This document shows positions 55,865 to 64,000 of a DNA stretch of 64,000 nt, one piece after another. Origin of the DNA: Prolixibacteraceae bacterium. Lineage in GTDB: Bacteria; Bacteroidota; Bacteroidia; Bacteroidales; Prolixibacteraceae. The notes under the pieces are model-generated. The model was not told where the DNA came from. It ran no database searches and saw nothing but the letters and a program-made list of their open reading frames with translations. Both the position numbers and the translations under genes were made by a program. How positions within the stretch are numbered: position 1 is the first letter of the stretch; every line of letters begins with the position of its first letter. The stretch lies in contig OY782875.1 of NCBI GenBank assembly GCA_963678565.1, positions 1,265,770-1,329,769 on the forward strand. Direction: 5' to 3'.

Positions 55865-56726
55865 TCTTCCAGAAGTTTAAAGGTTTATTGGCATATTTAA
55901 GTACCTTTTCAATCTCAGGAGTTAATATTTCATATATTTCAGACTCTGTTTTTTCTGAAATTTTCACCTTGTAATTAATTTCTTTAGGACCGATACTAAT
56001 TTTGAATAGTCGAGCGGTAGCTTTTAACAAAGTAAATAGCCGTTGGTGTTTTTGGAGTTTAATGTACCATGTTCTTGCTCTTTTTTTGCCCACACTGCTA
56101 TTCTCTTTTTTAAATATTGCATCATTAATTTCCGGTTTGATTTCAAGGAAATCACACATGCGTTGATATACTTCAAGAGGATCAGTTGCCAGATCTTCAA
56201 AAAATAATAGCAAAATATTCTGATCTTTAAAATATTGCTTATAACTCTCAACATGTGTCCAGTATTTACATGCTTCTAAGAACGTTGGGTATTCAAAAAT
56301 TGCTTTTTTGAAGTTCTTTGGCATCAATGGTACTTCAACGTCTGTATAATTTTTGTAAATATGGGTATGCCAATGACCTGTAGATAAAGTTTGTCTCCAA
56401 GCCGATTTTAGTCGACCGATTGGCTCCCTTATTACATAGATAATTTTAGCGTCAGGATTGTAACTGTACAGTCGTTCGGCGATATCTGGAATTAATGTTG
56501 TTTCGGAGTAAATTGGAGATGCCTCTCCAATAATTTTTTCTTCATTTACATCTTTGAACAGTGCATGGTATTCATCCAATCGTTTGTGAAAATCACTGAA
56601 TGAAAAGAACCAAGGTTCTTTTGGGGTTGACATAAAAACTTTAGAATGCGAATTCAACATATTCCAAAGAGTTGTTGTCCCACATTTTGATGCTCCAATA
56701 ATAAATAAATTTGGCTTTTTATCCAT
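55857..56726 (-). CDS. PAPS-dependent sulfotransferase family protein
   Basis: 5'-PSB loop IIGASKCGTTTL and 3'-PB motif VIREPIGRLKSAW; 289 aa. An 8-nt overlap with wzx. Confidence 0.8.
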   Translation of the reverse strand: MDKKPNLFIIGASKCGTTTLWNMLNSHSKVFMSTPKEPWFFSFSDFHKRLDEYHALFKDVNEEKIIGEASPIYSETTLIPDIAERLYSYNPDAKIIYVIREPIGRLKSAWRQTLSTGHWHTHIYKNYTDVEVPLMPKNFKKAIFEYPTFLEACKYWTHVESYKQYFKDQNILLLFFEDLATDPLEVYQRMCDFLEIKPEINDAIFKKENSSVGKKRARTWYIKLQKHQRLFTLLKATARLFKISIGPKEINYKVKISEKTESEIYEILTPEIEKVLKYANKPLNFWKNV

Positions 56727-56784
56727 GCTGTTTTTTTGTATCCCTAATATTTTATGAATGTCCTTTGTTAAATTAACTTCGAAG

Positions 56785-58143
56785 TTATAATTTGAAAATA
56801 GAATCAGATTTTTCTTTGGTCATATTTCGAAGGTCAACAATTAGTTTGGCATGTTCTTGAATAAAGTTTATGTCGTAAGCCGAATGATTTGTTGTTAATA
56901 CCACAACATCTGCAGAAATTAGTCGTTCTTTTGTCAGTTCTTCTGAGTTGAGTTTATTTCCACCCTCTGTTATGATATTTGGAATGTGCATATCGTTGTA
57001 AGTAACGATTCCTCCTTTTTTCAAAACAATATCCATAATATGCAAGGCTGGAGATTCTCTAGCATCGTTAATGTTCGGTTTATACGCAACTCCGAGGAAG
57101 AATATTTTACTTCCATTTACTGATTTCTTATTTTTATTGAGCGCTGTAGAAATTTTAATATACATGTAATGAGGCATTCGCATGTTTATGTGTCCTGCGG
57201 TATGGATCATGCTTAAGTCAAAATCGTACTGTTTTGCTATATGTTCCAAGTAGAATGGATCGAGTGGGATGCAGTGTCCTCCAACTCCTGGTCCTGGGTA
57301 AAACGCTTGAAAGCCAAAGGGTTTTGTTTTGGCAGCTTCAATAACTTCCCATATATCAATGTCCATCTTACCAGCTAATAAGGCAAGCTCATTGATTAAG
57401 CTTATGTTGATTAATCGATAAGTATTTTCAAGAATTTTGACCATTTCAGCCACTCTTGGAGAACTGACTGTATGAATTGTTTCAATTGCTTTTTTATAAA
57501 TCTTTTCTCCAACTTCCAATCCATCTGAAGTAAGTGCTCCTAATACTTTAGGTGTGTTTTTTGTGTGAAAACTTTTGTTTCCTGGATCTACTCGTTCAGG
57601 GCTATAGGCTAACCAGAAGAAATTATTATTGTCAAGCGATATCGAGTCAAGCTCTGATAATTCTGTGAAATTTGAATTGTATTTTAATGCTTCTGTAATG
57701 ATTGGGTACATTACTTCTTCTGTTGTTGTTGGATATGTTGTGCTTTCAAGACTAATGAAGGTTCCTGGCTTCATATACCTTCCTATGTCGGAACAAGCAG
57801 TTTCAATATAACTCATATCCGGTTTTCGGAATCGATCTAGTGGGGTTGGAACAGCAATTATGATTGCATCACATTCTGATAAACGAGAGAAATCAGTTGT
57901 TGCACTAAGTGAAATATTATCAACAACTTCTTTTAATTTCGTATCACGAATATCTTCAATGTAGTTCGTGCCATTATTAATTTTATCTACTTTTTCTTGA
58001 TTCTTATCAAAACCAATGGTTTTTACTTTTGATTCAGCAAAACTAACAGCTAAAGGTAGGCCTACATATCCTAATCCGATTACTCCAATAACCTCTTTGT
58101 TGTTGTTGATTTTTTCAAGAATTTGATTTTTAAAATTAATCAT
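56785..58143 (-). CDS. UDP-N-acetyl-hexosamine 6-dehydrogenase (WbpA/TviB/WecC-type nucleotide sugar dehydrogenase)
   Basis: GLGYVGLPLA Rossmann motif and catalytic GGHCIPLDP (the HexNAc-dehydrogenase type rather than GGSCFPKD of Ugd); 452 aa. Confidence 0.8.
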   Translation of the reverse strand: MINFKNQILEKINNNKEVIGVIGLGYVGLPLAVSFAESKVKTIGFDKNQEKVDKINNGTNYIEDIRDTKLKEVVDNISLSATTDFSRLSECDAIIIAVPTPLDRFRKPDMSYIETACSDIGRYMKPGTFISLESTTYPTTTEEVMYPIITEALKYNSNFTELSELDSISLDNNNFFWLAYSPERVDPGNKSFHTKNTPKVLGALTSDGLEVGEKIYKKAIETIHTVSSPRVAEMVKILENTYRLINISLINELALLAGKMDIDIWEVIEAAKTKPFGFQAFYPGPGVGGHCIPLDPFYLEHIAKQYDFDLSMIHTAGHINMRMPHYMYIKISTALNKNKKSVNGSKIFFLGVAYKPNINDARESPALHIMDIVLKKGGIVTYNDMHIPNIITEGGNKLNSEELTKERLISADVVVLTTNHSAYDINFIQEHAKLIVDLRNMTKEKSDSIFKL

Positions 58144-58454
58144 AATAGCAGCGGATGTATAATACTAATGAATGTTTTGTTAATTGTAATCTATCTTTTA
58201 AACTAAATAGAATGAAACCCGATATACACAAGTTCTATCTTTAAAATCAGTCCAAATATAATTAATCTGTTTTTAGTGTACATATTGATCTAATGTAGAA
58301 TTTGTTTTCGGAGTTCAGATCTCGGCTAGTCTCAGGAATTAAGTGATGAATTTTAATTAAAATTGTAACTTCTTTTTTAATTAATTATTTGAACCTATTT
58401 TAGTCAATCTTTTTGAGCATTAGTATTGATTGTCGTTTAACCATATTTTAAAGT

Positions 58455-59297
58455 ATGATTTCAGTCGTTATTCCAACATATAATCGTGCAAATACAATCC
58501 TAAATTCCATTAATTCGGTTTTAAATCAAACCTATGAAGATTTAGAACTAATCATTGTTGACGATTGTTCCAGTGACAATACCCAAGAGGTGGTCGAATC
58601 TATTGGAGATTCACGAATACGGTATCATAAATTGGAGCAAAATAGCGGTGCTTGCCATGCTCGTAATGTTGGGATTTTAATGGCGAATGGGCAATATGTC
58701 GCTTTTCAGGATAGTGACGATATTTGGTTTGAAAACAAGTTAAGTGAGCAGGTAAAAGCATTTGACAAAAATCCCGATGCTGATATGGTCTTTTGTAGTT
58801 TTAGAAGAGACTATGGTTTAAATAGGGTGGTTCCTGATCCTTCAAATCTTAATACTTCTGGAAAAATATTTCATACACTGATCAAGAAAAATTTCATTAG
58901 CACCATCACAATTTTATGTAAGAAGGATGTGTTGGAAGCATTGGGCGGATTTGATGAGTCTTTACCGGCAATGCAAGATTGGGAATTAAGTTTAAGAATT
59001 GCATGCAGTTATAATATTTATCATTTAAAAATGGTATTAGCTGAAGCAATGATTTCACCAGATAGTATTTCTAGCAAGAAGGCTCGTGTTGTAACTGCGA
59101 TGGAAAGAGTTTTATCGAAGCATATTGACAAACTTTCTGACTCTGAAATTAAAGACTGGAAATTTAAAATGGCAAATGTTGCCAGCGATGGAGGAATTAA
59201 GAATATTGCCCGAAATTATTTTAAAGAAAGTTCTGATTTATATTCAAAGAGAGGAATTTTTTCTTTATTGAATTATTTCAAACTTTATTTTAGTTAA
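58455..59297 (+). CDS. Glycosyltransferase family 2
   Basis: ISVVIPTYNRANTI, DDCSSDNT and FQDSDD motifs. Confidence 0.82.
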   Translation: MISVVIPTYNRANTILNSINSVLNQTYEDLELIIVDDCSSDNTQEVVESIGDSRIRYHKLEQNSGACHARNVGILMANGQYVAFQDSDDIWFENKLSEQVKAFDKNPDADMVFCSFRRDYGLNRVVPDPSNLNTSGKIFHTLIKKNFISTITILCKKDVLEALGGFDESLPAMQDWELSLRIACSYNIYHLKMVLAEAMISPDSISSKKARVVTAMERVLSKHIDKLSDSEIKDWKFKMANVASDGGIKNIARNYFKESSDLYSKRGIFSLLNYFKLYFS

Positions 59298-59390
59298 GTT
59301 ACACCATTGATCACTATAGTTAAATTACCCCAATTCCCAATGGTTTTTATACATTTGAAAACTATTAATTGAATCGAAAACAAAATCACA

Positions 59391-61883
59391 ATGTCAAATA
59401 ATAAATTTAATCTATCCAGTAAAACACGAAATATTGTCATTGCAATTGCTGGATTCTTTATTATCTCATTTATCTATTTCTCTCCACAGTTAAAAGGATA
59501 TGTGATAAATGGATCAGATACTGTTCATTATAAAGGGATGAGCAAAGAGGTTCGTGACTATCAGAAATCTACGGGTGAAAGTAGTTTGTGGACGAATTCG
59601 ATGTTCGGAGGAATGCCTACGTTTTTGTCAGGAGCAAAATATAATGGTGAGTTGCTGAAAAAAGTTAGTGCTGTGTATTATAAAATTCCTCGACCAGCCA
59701 GTTATCTGATTATGAATTTCAGTATGTTTTTTGTACTACTGTTGTTGTTAGGTGTGAATGTTTGGGTGAGTTTTGTGGGGGCATTGGCTTTTGGAATGAA
59801 TACGGCATTTTTTGTTTGGATGGATACAGGGCATATGACCAAGGCAAACACCTTAACTTTTATGGCATTATCCGTAGCTGGGGTTTTATTTGCTTATAAT
59901 AAAAGCCGTTGGAAAGGATCTGTGATTGCTGCTATTGGAATTGCATTGATGCTCAGTGCAAATCATCCTCAAGTAACCTATTATGTTGGTTTAATGATTA
60001 TTATTATTGTATTAACCTACATGGTTTATGCAATAAAAAACAAAGAATTACCCGATTTTATTAAAACCTCTCTTTTATTATTGGTTGCTGCAGTGTTGGC
60101 TTTTGGAACTAACTATGGCCGATTAGCGACCACTTTAGAGTATGGCAAATATTCAATTCGCGGAGAATCTACTTTGGACAATTCGGATAATGAAAATAAA
60201 ACGAAAGGTCTTGATAAATCATATATTCTAGAGTATAGTTACGATGTTGGTGAAGCTATTTCTGCATTTATTCCGCGCTTTAAAGGTGGAGGAATGGCAG
60301 AGCCACTTGGCGAAAATTCAAACTTTTATAAAGAATTAAAAAAGACACAAGGAGCAAAACGTGCAAAAGATATTGCATCGCATGCTCCTCTATATTGGGG
60401 ATCACAACCTATTTCGGGTGCACCCTTTTATTATGGAGCCGTGTTAGTGTTTCTCTTTGTTTTAGGATTGTTTGTTTTAAAAGGAAAAGAAAAGTGGTGG
60501 ATTATAGTTACAGTTGTTTTTGCATTTCTTCTGTCATTGGGGAAAAATATACCGGCATTAGCACATTTCATGATCGATTATTTTCCGGGTTACAACAAAT
60601 TTCGTGATGTTAAAAACATTATTATCATTCAGCAGTTTGCGATGGCAGTGATGGGAGCTTTAACTATTCGAGAATTAATTTCTGGTAAAATAGAAAAAGC
60701 AAAATTTATTAAATCATTGAAATATGCAGGTGGGATTGTAGGTGGTTTTGCTTTATTGTTTGCTGTAATTCCTGGATTGGCGGGAGATTTCATGGGAAAA
60801 TCTGATGCTCAATACCTTCAAATGGGATGGCCTGAATCTTTAATCAATGCACTGCAAGCCGATCGTAAAGCAGTACTCCGCGCCGATGCGTTCCGCTCTT
60901 TTATGTTCGTTGCAATTGCAGCTGGCACCTTGTTTTTCTACTATACAAAAAAACTAAAAGGAAAGTATGCCCTCGTAATTTGGGCAATTTTAATAATGGT
61001 CGACATGTGGCCGGTGAATACTAAGTATTTGAATAACGACGACTTTGTTTCAAAGAGAAAAGCAGCACAACCTTACACTGCTTCAAAGGCCGATCAGTAT
61101 ATTCTAAAAGATAAAGAACTCGATTATCGAGTATTAAATATAACTGTGAACCCTTGGTCCGATGCATCTACATCTTATTTCCACAAATCAATTGGTGGTT
61201 ATCATGGAGCAAAAATGCAACGCTATCAAGAGTTGGTCGAGAATCAACTTGCTAGAGAAACTCAGCAAATTCAAATTCGCTTGCAAAATATCAAAACCCA
61301 AGCCGATGTTGATGCAGTTTTTGAAGGTCTGAATGCGCTCAATATGTTGAATACCAAATATGTTATTTACAATCCAAATGCAGCACCTTTAATCAACAAT
61401 AAAAAATTAGGAAATGCATGGTTTGTTGATAGCATTCAAGTTGTCTCAACAACTAATAAGGAGTTGGAATTAATCGATGATATTAATGTTTCAGAAGTAG
61501 CGCTGATACATAACGAGTTTGAAACTAAACTGAATAATGGCCTAATAAATTCAGCGGATGGTAGTATAACATTGAAAAGCTACGCTCCAAATAAATTGGT
61601 ATATCGATCGGATGCCGAAGCCGATAAGATGGCAATATTTTCTGAAATATTTTATCCTGAAGGTTGGGTCGCAACTATCGATGGGGAAGAGACTTTAATT
61701 TTGAGAGCAAACCATGTGTTACGCGCGATGGTGATTCCAGCAGGTACTCATACAATTGAGTTTAGCTTTGAGCCAAAAACATATGAAATAGGCAATAACG
61801 TTTCCTTGGCATCTTCGTTAATCTTGCTCTTGGCAATCGGAGGGTTACTGTTTTTTGAAATAAAAGCAAGAATGAAGAAATAA
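59391..61883 (+). CDS. YfhO-family large polytopic membrane protein (GT-C-like)
   Basis: 830 aa with a multi-TM N-terminal two-thirds, a large extracytoplasmic C-terminal domain and a final TM helix, as in YfhO family proteins. Confidence 0.65.
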   Translation: MSNNKFNLSSKTRNIVIAIAGFFIISFIYFSPQLKGYVINGSDTVHYKGMSKEVRDYQKSTGESSLWTNSMFGGMPTFLSGAKYNGELLKKVSAVYYKIPRPASYLIMNFSMFFVLLLLLGVNVWVSFVGALAFGMNTAFFVWMDTGHMTKANTLTFMALSVAGVLFAYNKSRWKGSVIAAIGIALMLSANHPQVTYYVGLMIIIIVLTYMVYAIKNKELPDFIKTSLLLLVAAVLAFGTNYGRLATTLEYGKYSIRGESTLDNSDNENKTKGLDKSYILEYSYDVGEAISAFIPRFKGGGMAEPLGENSNFYKELKKTQGAKRAKDIASHAPLYWGSQPISGAPFYYGAVLVFLFVLGLFVLKGKEKWWIIVTVVFAFLLSLGKNIPALAHFMIDYFPGYNKFRDVKNIIIIQQFAMAVMGALTIRELISGKIEKAKFIKSLKYAGGIVGGFALLFAVIPGLAGDFMGKSDAQYLQMGWPESLINALQADRKAVLRADAFRSFMFVAIAAGTLFFYYTKKLKGKYALVIWAILIMVDMWPVNTKYLNNDDFVSKRKAAQPYTASKADQYILKDKELDYRVLNITVNPWSDASTSYFHKSIGGYHGAKMQRYQELVENQLARETQQIQIRLQNIKTQADVDAVFEGLNALNMLNTKYVIYNPNAAPLINNKKLGNAWFVDSIQVVSTTNKELELIDDINVSEVALIHNEFETKLNNGLINSADGSITLKSYAPNKLVYRSDAEADKMAIFSEIFYPEGWVATIDGEETLILRANHVLRAMVIPAGTHTIEFSFEPKTYEIGNNVSLASSLILLLAIGGLLFFEIKARMKK

Positions 61884-61884
61884 T

Positions 61885-62760
61885 ATGATAGAAGGACCTA
61901 AACCACTAAAACGAAAAATAATTAATTCTTATTTCGTTTCTACTTTGAGCATTACCATGGTTTTGTTCTTGGTAGGGTTGATGTCCTTGTTGTTTTTAAA
62001 TGTAAAGCAAGTTAATAATTTTATCCGTGAGAATATAGGGATAACTTTAGTCTTGTCTGAAGATATACGCCAAGTTGATTTGCTGAAATTGCAAAAGCTA
62101 TTGAGTGCTCAACCTGAAATTAAAAGCGTTGATATAGTCGATGCTGAAACTGCGGCTCAAGAATTCTCGGAAGAATTGGGGGAGGATTTCGTTGATTTCT
62201 TGGAGTATAACCCGCTTTCGGCTACTATGGATTTAAAATTATTTGCAGCTTATACCCGAAAAGATAGCATTGCAAAACTCGAAAGCAAGTTTGAACAATT
62301 ACCCAACGTAGAAGAAGTGTATTATCAACGCAATTTAGTGAGCCTTATCAATTCGAATTCAAGAAAGATTTCCTTGGTGTTAATTGCTTTAGCAGGGATT
62401 ATGCTGACCATGTTTTCGGCATTAATTAACAATACCATTCGTTTGTCGATTTACTCAAAGCGATTTATTCTTAAAACAATGCAATTGGCGGGAGCAACAC
62501 AAGGTTTTATACGTAGGCCTTTTGTGATAAAAGCTGTCATTCATGGATTGGTAGGCGCTTTGCTTGCAAATATTTTGTTGGTGATTGTTGTTTACTCTTA
62601 CTACACAAACTTCAACGAAATGTTTGCCTTTGAATTTGTTGAGATAATGATCATTCTAGGAGTAGTTGTATTTGTTTTTGGAATTCTCATTTCTTGGTTA
62701 TCTACAGTGCTAGCTGTAAATAAGTTTTTACGACTTCACTACGACGAACTTTTCTATTAA
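61885..62760 (+). CDS. ftsX: Cell division protein FtsX (permease-like)
   Basis: One TM helix, a periplasmic domain, then three TM helices (FtsX topology); 291 aa. Conserved Bacteroidota order ftsX-DUF3098-uppP-truB. Confidence 0.8.
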   Translation: MIEGPKPLKRKIINSYFVSTLSITMVLFLVGLMSLLFLNVKQVNNFIRENIGITLVLSEDIRQVDLLKLQKLLSAQPEIKSVDIVDAETAAQEFSEELGEDFVDFLEYNPLSATMDLKLFAAYTRKDSIAKLESKFEQLPNVEEVYYQRNLVSLINSNSRKISLVLIALAGIMLTMFSALINNTIRLSIYSKRFILKTMQLAGATQGFIRRPFVIKAVIHGLVGALLANILLVIVVYSYYTNFNEMFAFEFVEIMIILGVVVFVFGILISWLSTVLAVNKFLRLHYDELFY

Positions 62761-62826
62761 TTCAGTTTTAACAATTTTTGTATTCTAACTTCTTGAATAA
62801 TCGCTATCTTTATCGCGCAGAAAAAA

Positions 62827-63090
62827 ATGCCTTCTATGACAAATAAAGAAAACGAAGTTGTAAAAGAACAAACCTTTGCTTTGGGCAAAGAGAACTATAA
62901 ATTAATGGTAATTGGTTTAGTTATCATCATCATTGGGTTTTTACTAATGATGGGTGGTAGAAGTGAAGATCCAAGTGTCTTTAATCCCGAAGTTTTTTCT
63001 TTTAGAAGAATAACCCTTGCTCCACTTGTTGCTTTAGCTGGATTTCTTTTTGAGATTTATGCCATCATGAAGAAGCCTAAAACAAAATAA
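62827..63090 (+). CDS. DUF3098 domain-containing small membrane protein
   Basis: FALGKENYKLMVIGLVIIIIGFLLMMGG...FSFRRITLAPLVALAGF pattern; 87 aa. Confidence 0.75.
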   Translation: MPSMTNKENEVVKEQTFALGKENYKLMVIGLVIIIIGFLLMMGGRSEDPSVFNPEVFSFRRITLAPLVALAGFLFEIYAIMKKPKTK

Positions 63091-63099
63091 TTTCCTTAA

Positions 63100-63882
63100 A
63101 TGAATACATTAGAAGCTATAATCCTTGGTTTAATTCAGGGATTAACTGAGTTTTTGCCCGTAAGTTCGAGCGGACATTTAGAAATTGGTCATGCTATTTT
63201 TGGAATAGAAGGCGAAAGTAATATCATTTTTGATCTTGTAGTTCATGGGGCAACAGTACTCAGTACCTTAGTTGTATTTTGGAAGGATATTGCAGAGCTA
63301 TTTAAAGGAGTCTTCAAGTTTAAATGGAATGAAAGTACGCAGTATGCAAGTAAGCTTCTATTATCAGCGGTTCCGGTTGGTTTAGCTGGCGTATTTTTTC
63401 AAGATGAAATTGAAGCCTTTTTCTCTGGAAATTTATTGTTAGTTGGAAGCATGCTATTAATCACTGCAACTTTGTTGGCTTTTGCATACTATATGCGTAA
63501 GGGGAATAGAAAAATTACTTTCCTCGATGCATTGATTATTGGTTTTGCTCAAATGTTGGCTGTAATGCCAGGTATTTCACGCAGTGGATCAACTATTGCA
63601 ACCGGAATGCTTTTAGGAAATGATAAATCACAATTAGCACGCTTTTCATTTTTAATGGTGATCATTCCTATTCTAGGTGCCAACTTTCTAAAAATCGTTT
63701 CAGGCGATGTTACAAGCGCTGGTCATATTGAAGTTGTTCCTCTTATTGCAGGTTTTGTAGCAGCCTTTGTTTCGGGCTTGTTGGCTTGTAAATTAATGAT
63801 TGGAATTGTGCGCAAAGGCAAATTGATTTATTTTGCTGCTTACTGTTTGGTAATTGGCTTAATTGCTATCTTTGTGTCGTAG
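63100..63882 (+). CDS. uppP: Undecaprenyl-diphosphate phosphatase
   Basis: BacA/UppP motifs GLTEFLPVSSSGHL and PGISRSGSTI; 260 aa. Confidence 0.95.
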   Translation: MNTLEAIILGLIQGLTEFLPVSSSGHLEIGHAIFGIEGESNIIFDLVVHGATVLSTLVVFWKDIAELFKGVFKFKWNESTQYASKLLLSAVPVGLAGVFFQDEIEAFFSGNLLLVGSMLLITATLLAFAYYMRKGNRKITFLDALIIGFAQMLAVMPGISRSGSTIATGMLLGNDKSQLARFSFLMVIIPILGANFLKIVSGDVTSAGHIEVVPLIAGFVAAFVSGLLACKLMIGIVRKGKLIYFAAYCLVIGLIAIFVS

Positions 63883-63918
63883 TCTTTACCTTCTATTTTA
63901 TTGATAACTAGTATTTTC

Positions 63919-64000
63919 ATGAAGCAAGATCTGGAGAGTCTGGATTTTAAAGAGGGGGTAGTTTTGCTCTTTAATAAGCCATTAGATTGGACGTCGTTCG
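63919..64000 (+). CDS. truB: tRNA pseudouridine(55) synthase, N-terminal 27 codons (runs off the window)
   Basis: Hand translation gives MKQDLESLDFKEGVVLLFNKPLDWTSF, the typical TruB start (G..LL.NKP...TSF). Conserved position after uppP. Confidence 0.7.
   Translation, partial: MKQDLESLDFKEGVVLLFNKPLDWTSF

Noticed and set aside
1-64000. CRISPR arrays, transposases or integrases, prophage or defence-island genes, rRNA and tRNA genes
   Set aside because: I looked for regularly spaced identical repeats, DDE or tyrosine/serine recombinase-like ORFs, and tRNA cloverleaf signatures, and found none. The only periodic repeat (40982-41230) has degenerate units with no unique spacers, so it is not CRISPR-like.

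Overview
The window looks like a chromosomal segment from a low-GC Bacteroidota-type genome. Supporting signs are GldA-like, DUF4783, DUF3098 and TorF-type porin genes, a TAnnTTTG-type promoter box, and the lack of Shine-Dalgarno spacing. Most of it is housekeeping. In order: the 3' part of a membrane pyrophosphatase; an EF-G paralogue; a C39-peptidase ABC exporter with a very short HlyD-like partner; a porin/P-II/AmtB nitrogen operon; ilvD-ilvB-ilvN; a CDGSH protein and a stand-alone E2 acyltransferase domain; a his operon (hisGDCB-purU-tlpA-like-hisHAF) followed by an MFS gene; polA, queD, an ArsR regulator, a polyprenyl synthase and frr; a CPBP protease, M16 peptidase, O-methyltransferase, YihY, DUF4783 and rlmH; and a 1221-aa multi-TM sensor kinase with an MBL-fold gene. 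A roughly 20-kb surface-polysaccharide locus (41.3-61.9 kb) follows, then ftsX-DUF3098-uppP-truB. I found no tRNA or rRNA genes, CRISPR arrays, transposases or integrases, and nothing I can defend as a new multi-gene system such as a defence island. The most notable unannotated signals are: (1) two textbook leader-peptide transcription attenuators missing from the ORF track, a 23-aa Ile/Val-rich leader before ilvD and a 17-aa leader with 5 His before hisG; (2) a 250-bp convergent intergenic region built from GTAAC(C) and CATTTCGC motifs on a ~20-21 bp lattice, resembling iterons; (3) an orphan C39 ABC exporter whose adaptor lacks the coiled-coil hairpin and has no GG-leader substrate gene nearby; (4) an AT-rich polysaccharide locus combining a complete CDP-3,6-dideoxy-L-hexose (ascarylose-type) pathway, a di-N-acetylated uronic acid pathway and a sulfotransferase, with no recognisable Wzy, Wzz or priming transferase; (5) several strong RNA structures and motif clusters around the amtB operon. 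All functional calls rest on motif and family recognition by eye. No database search was run.
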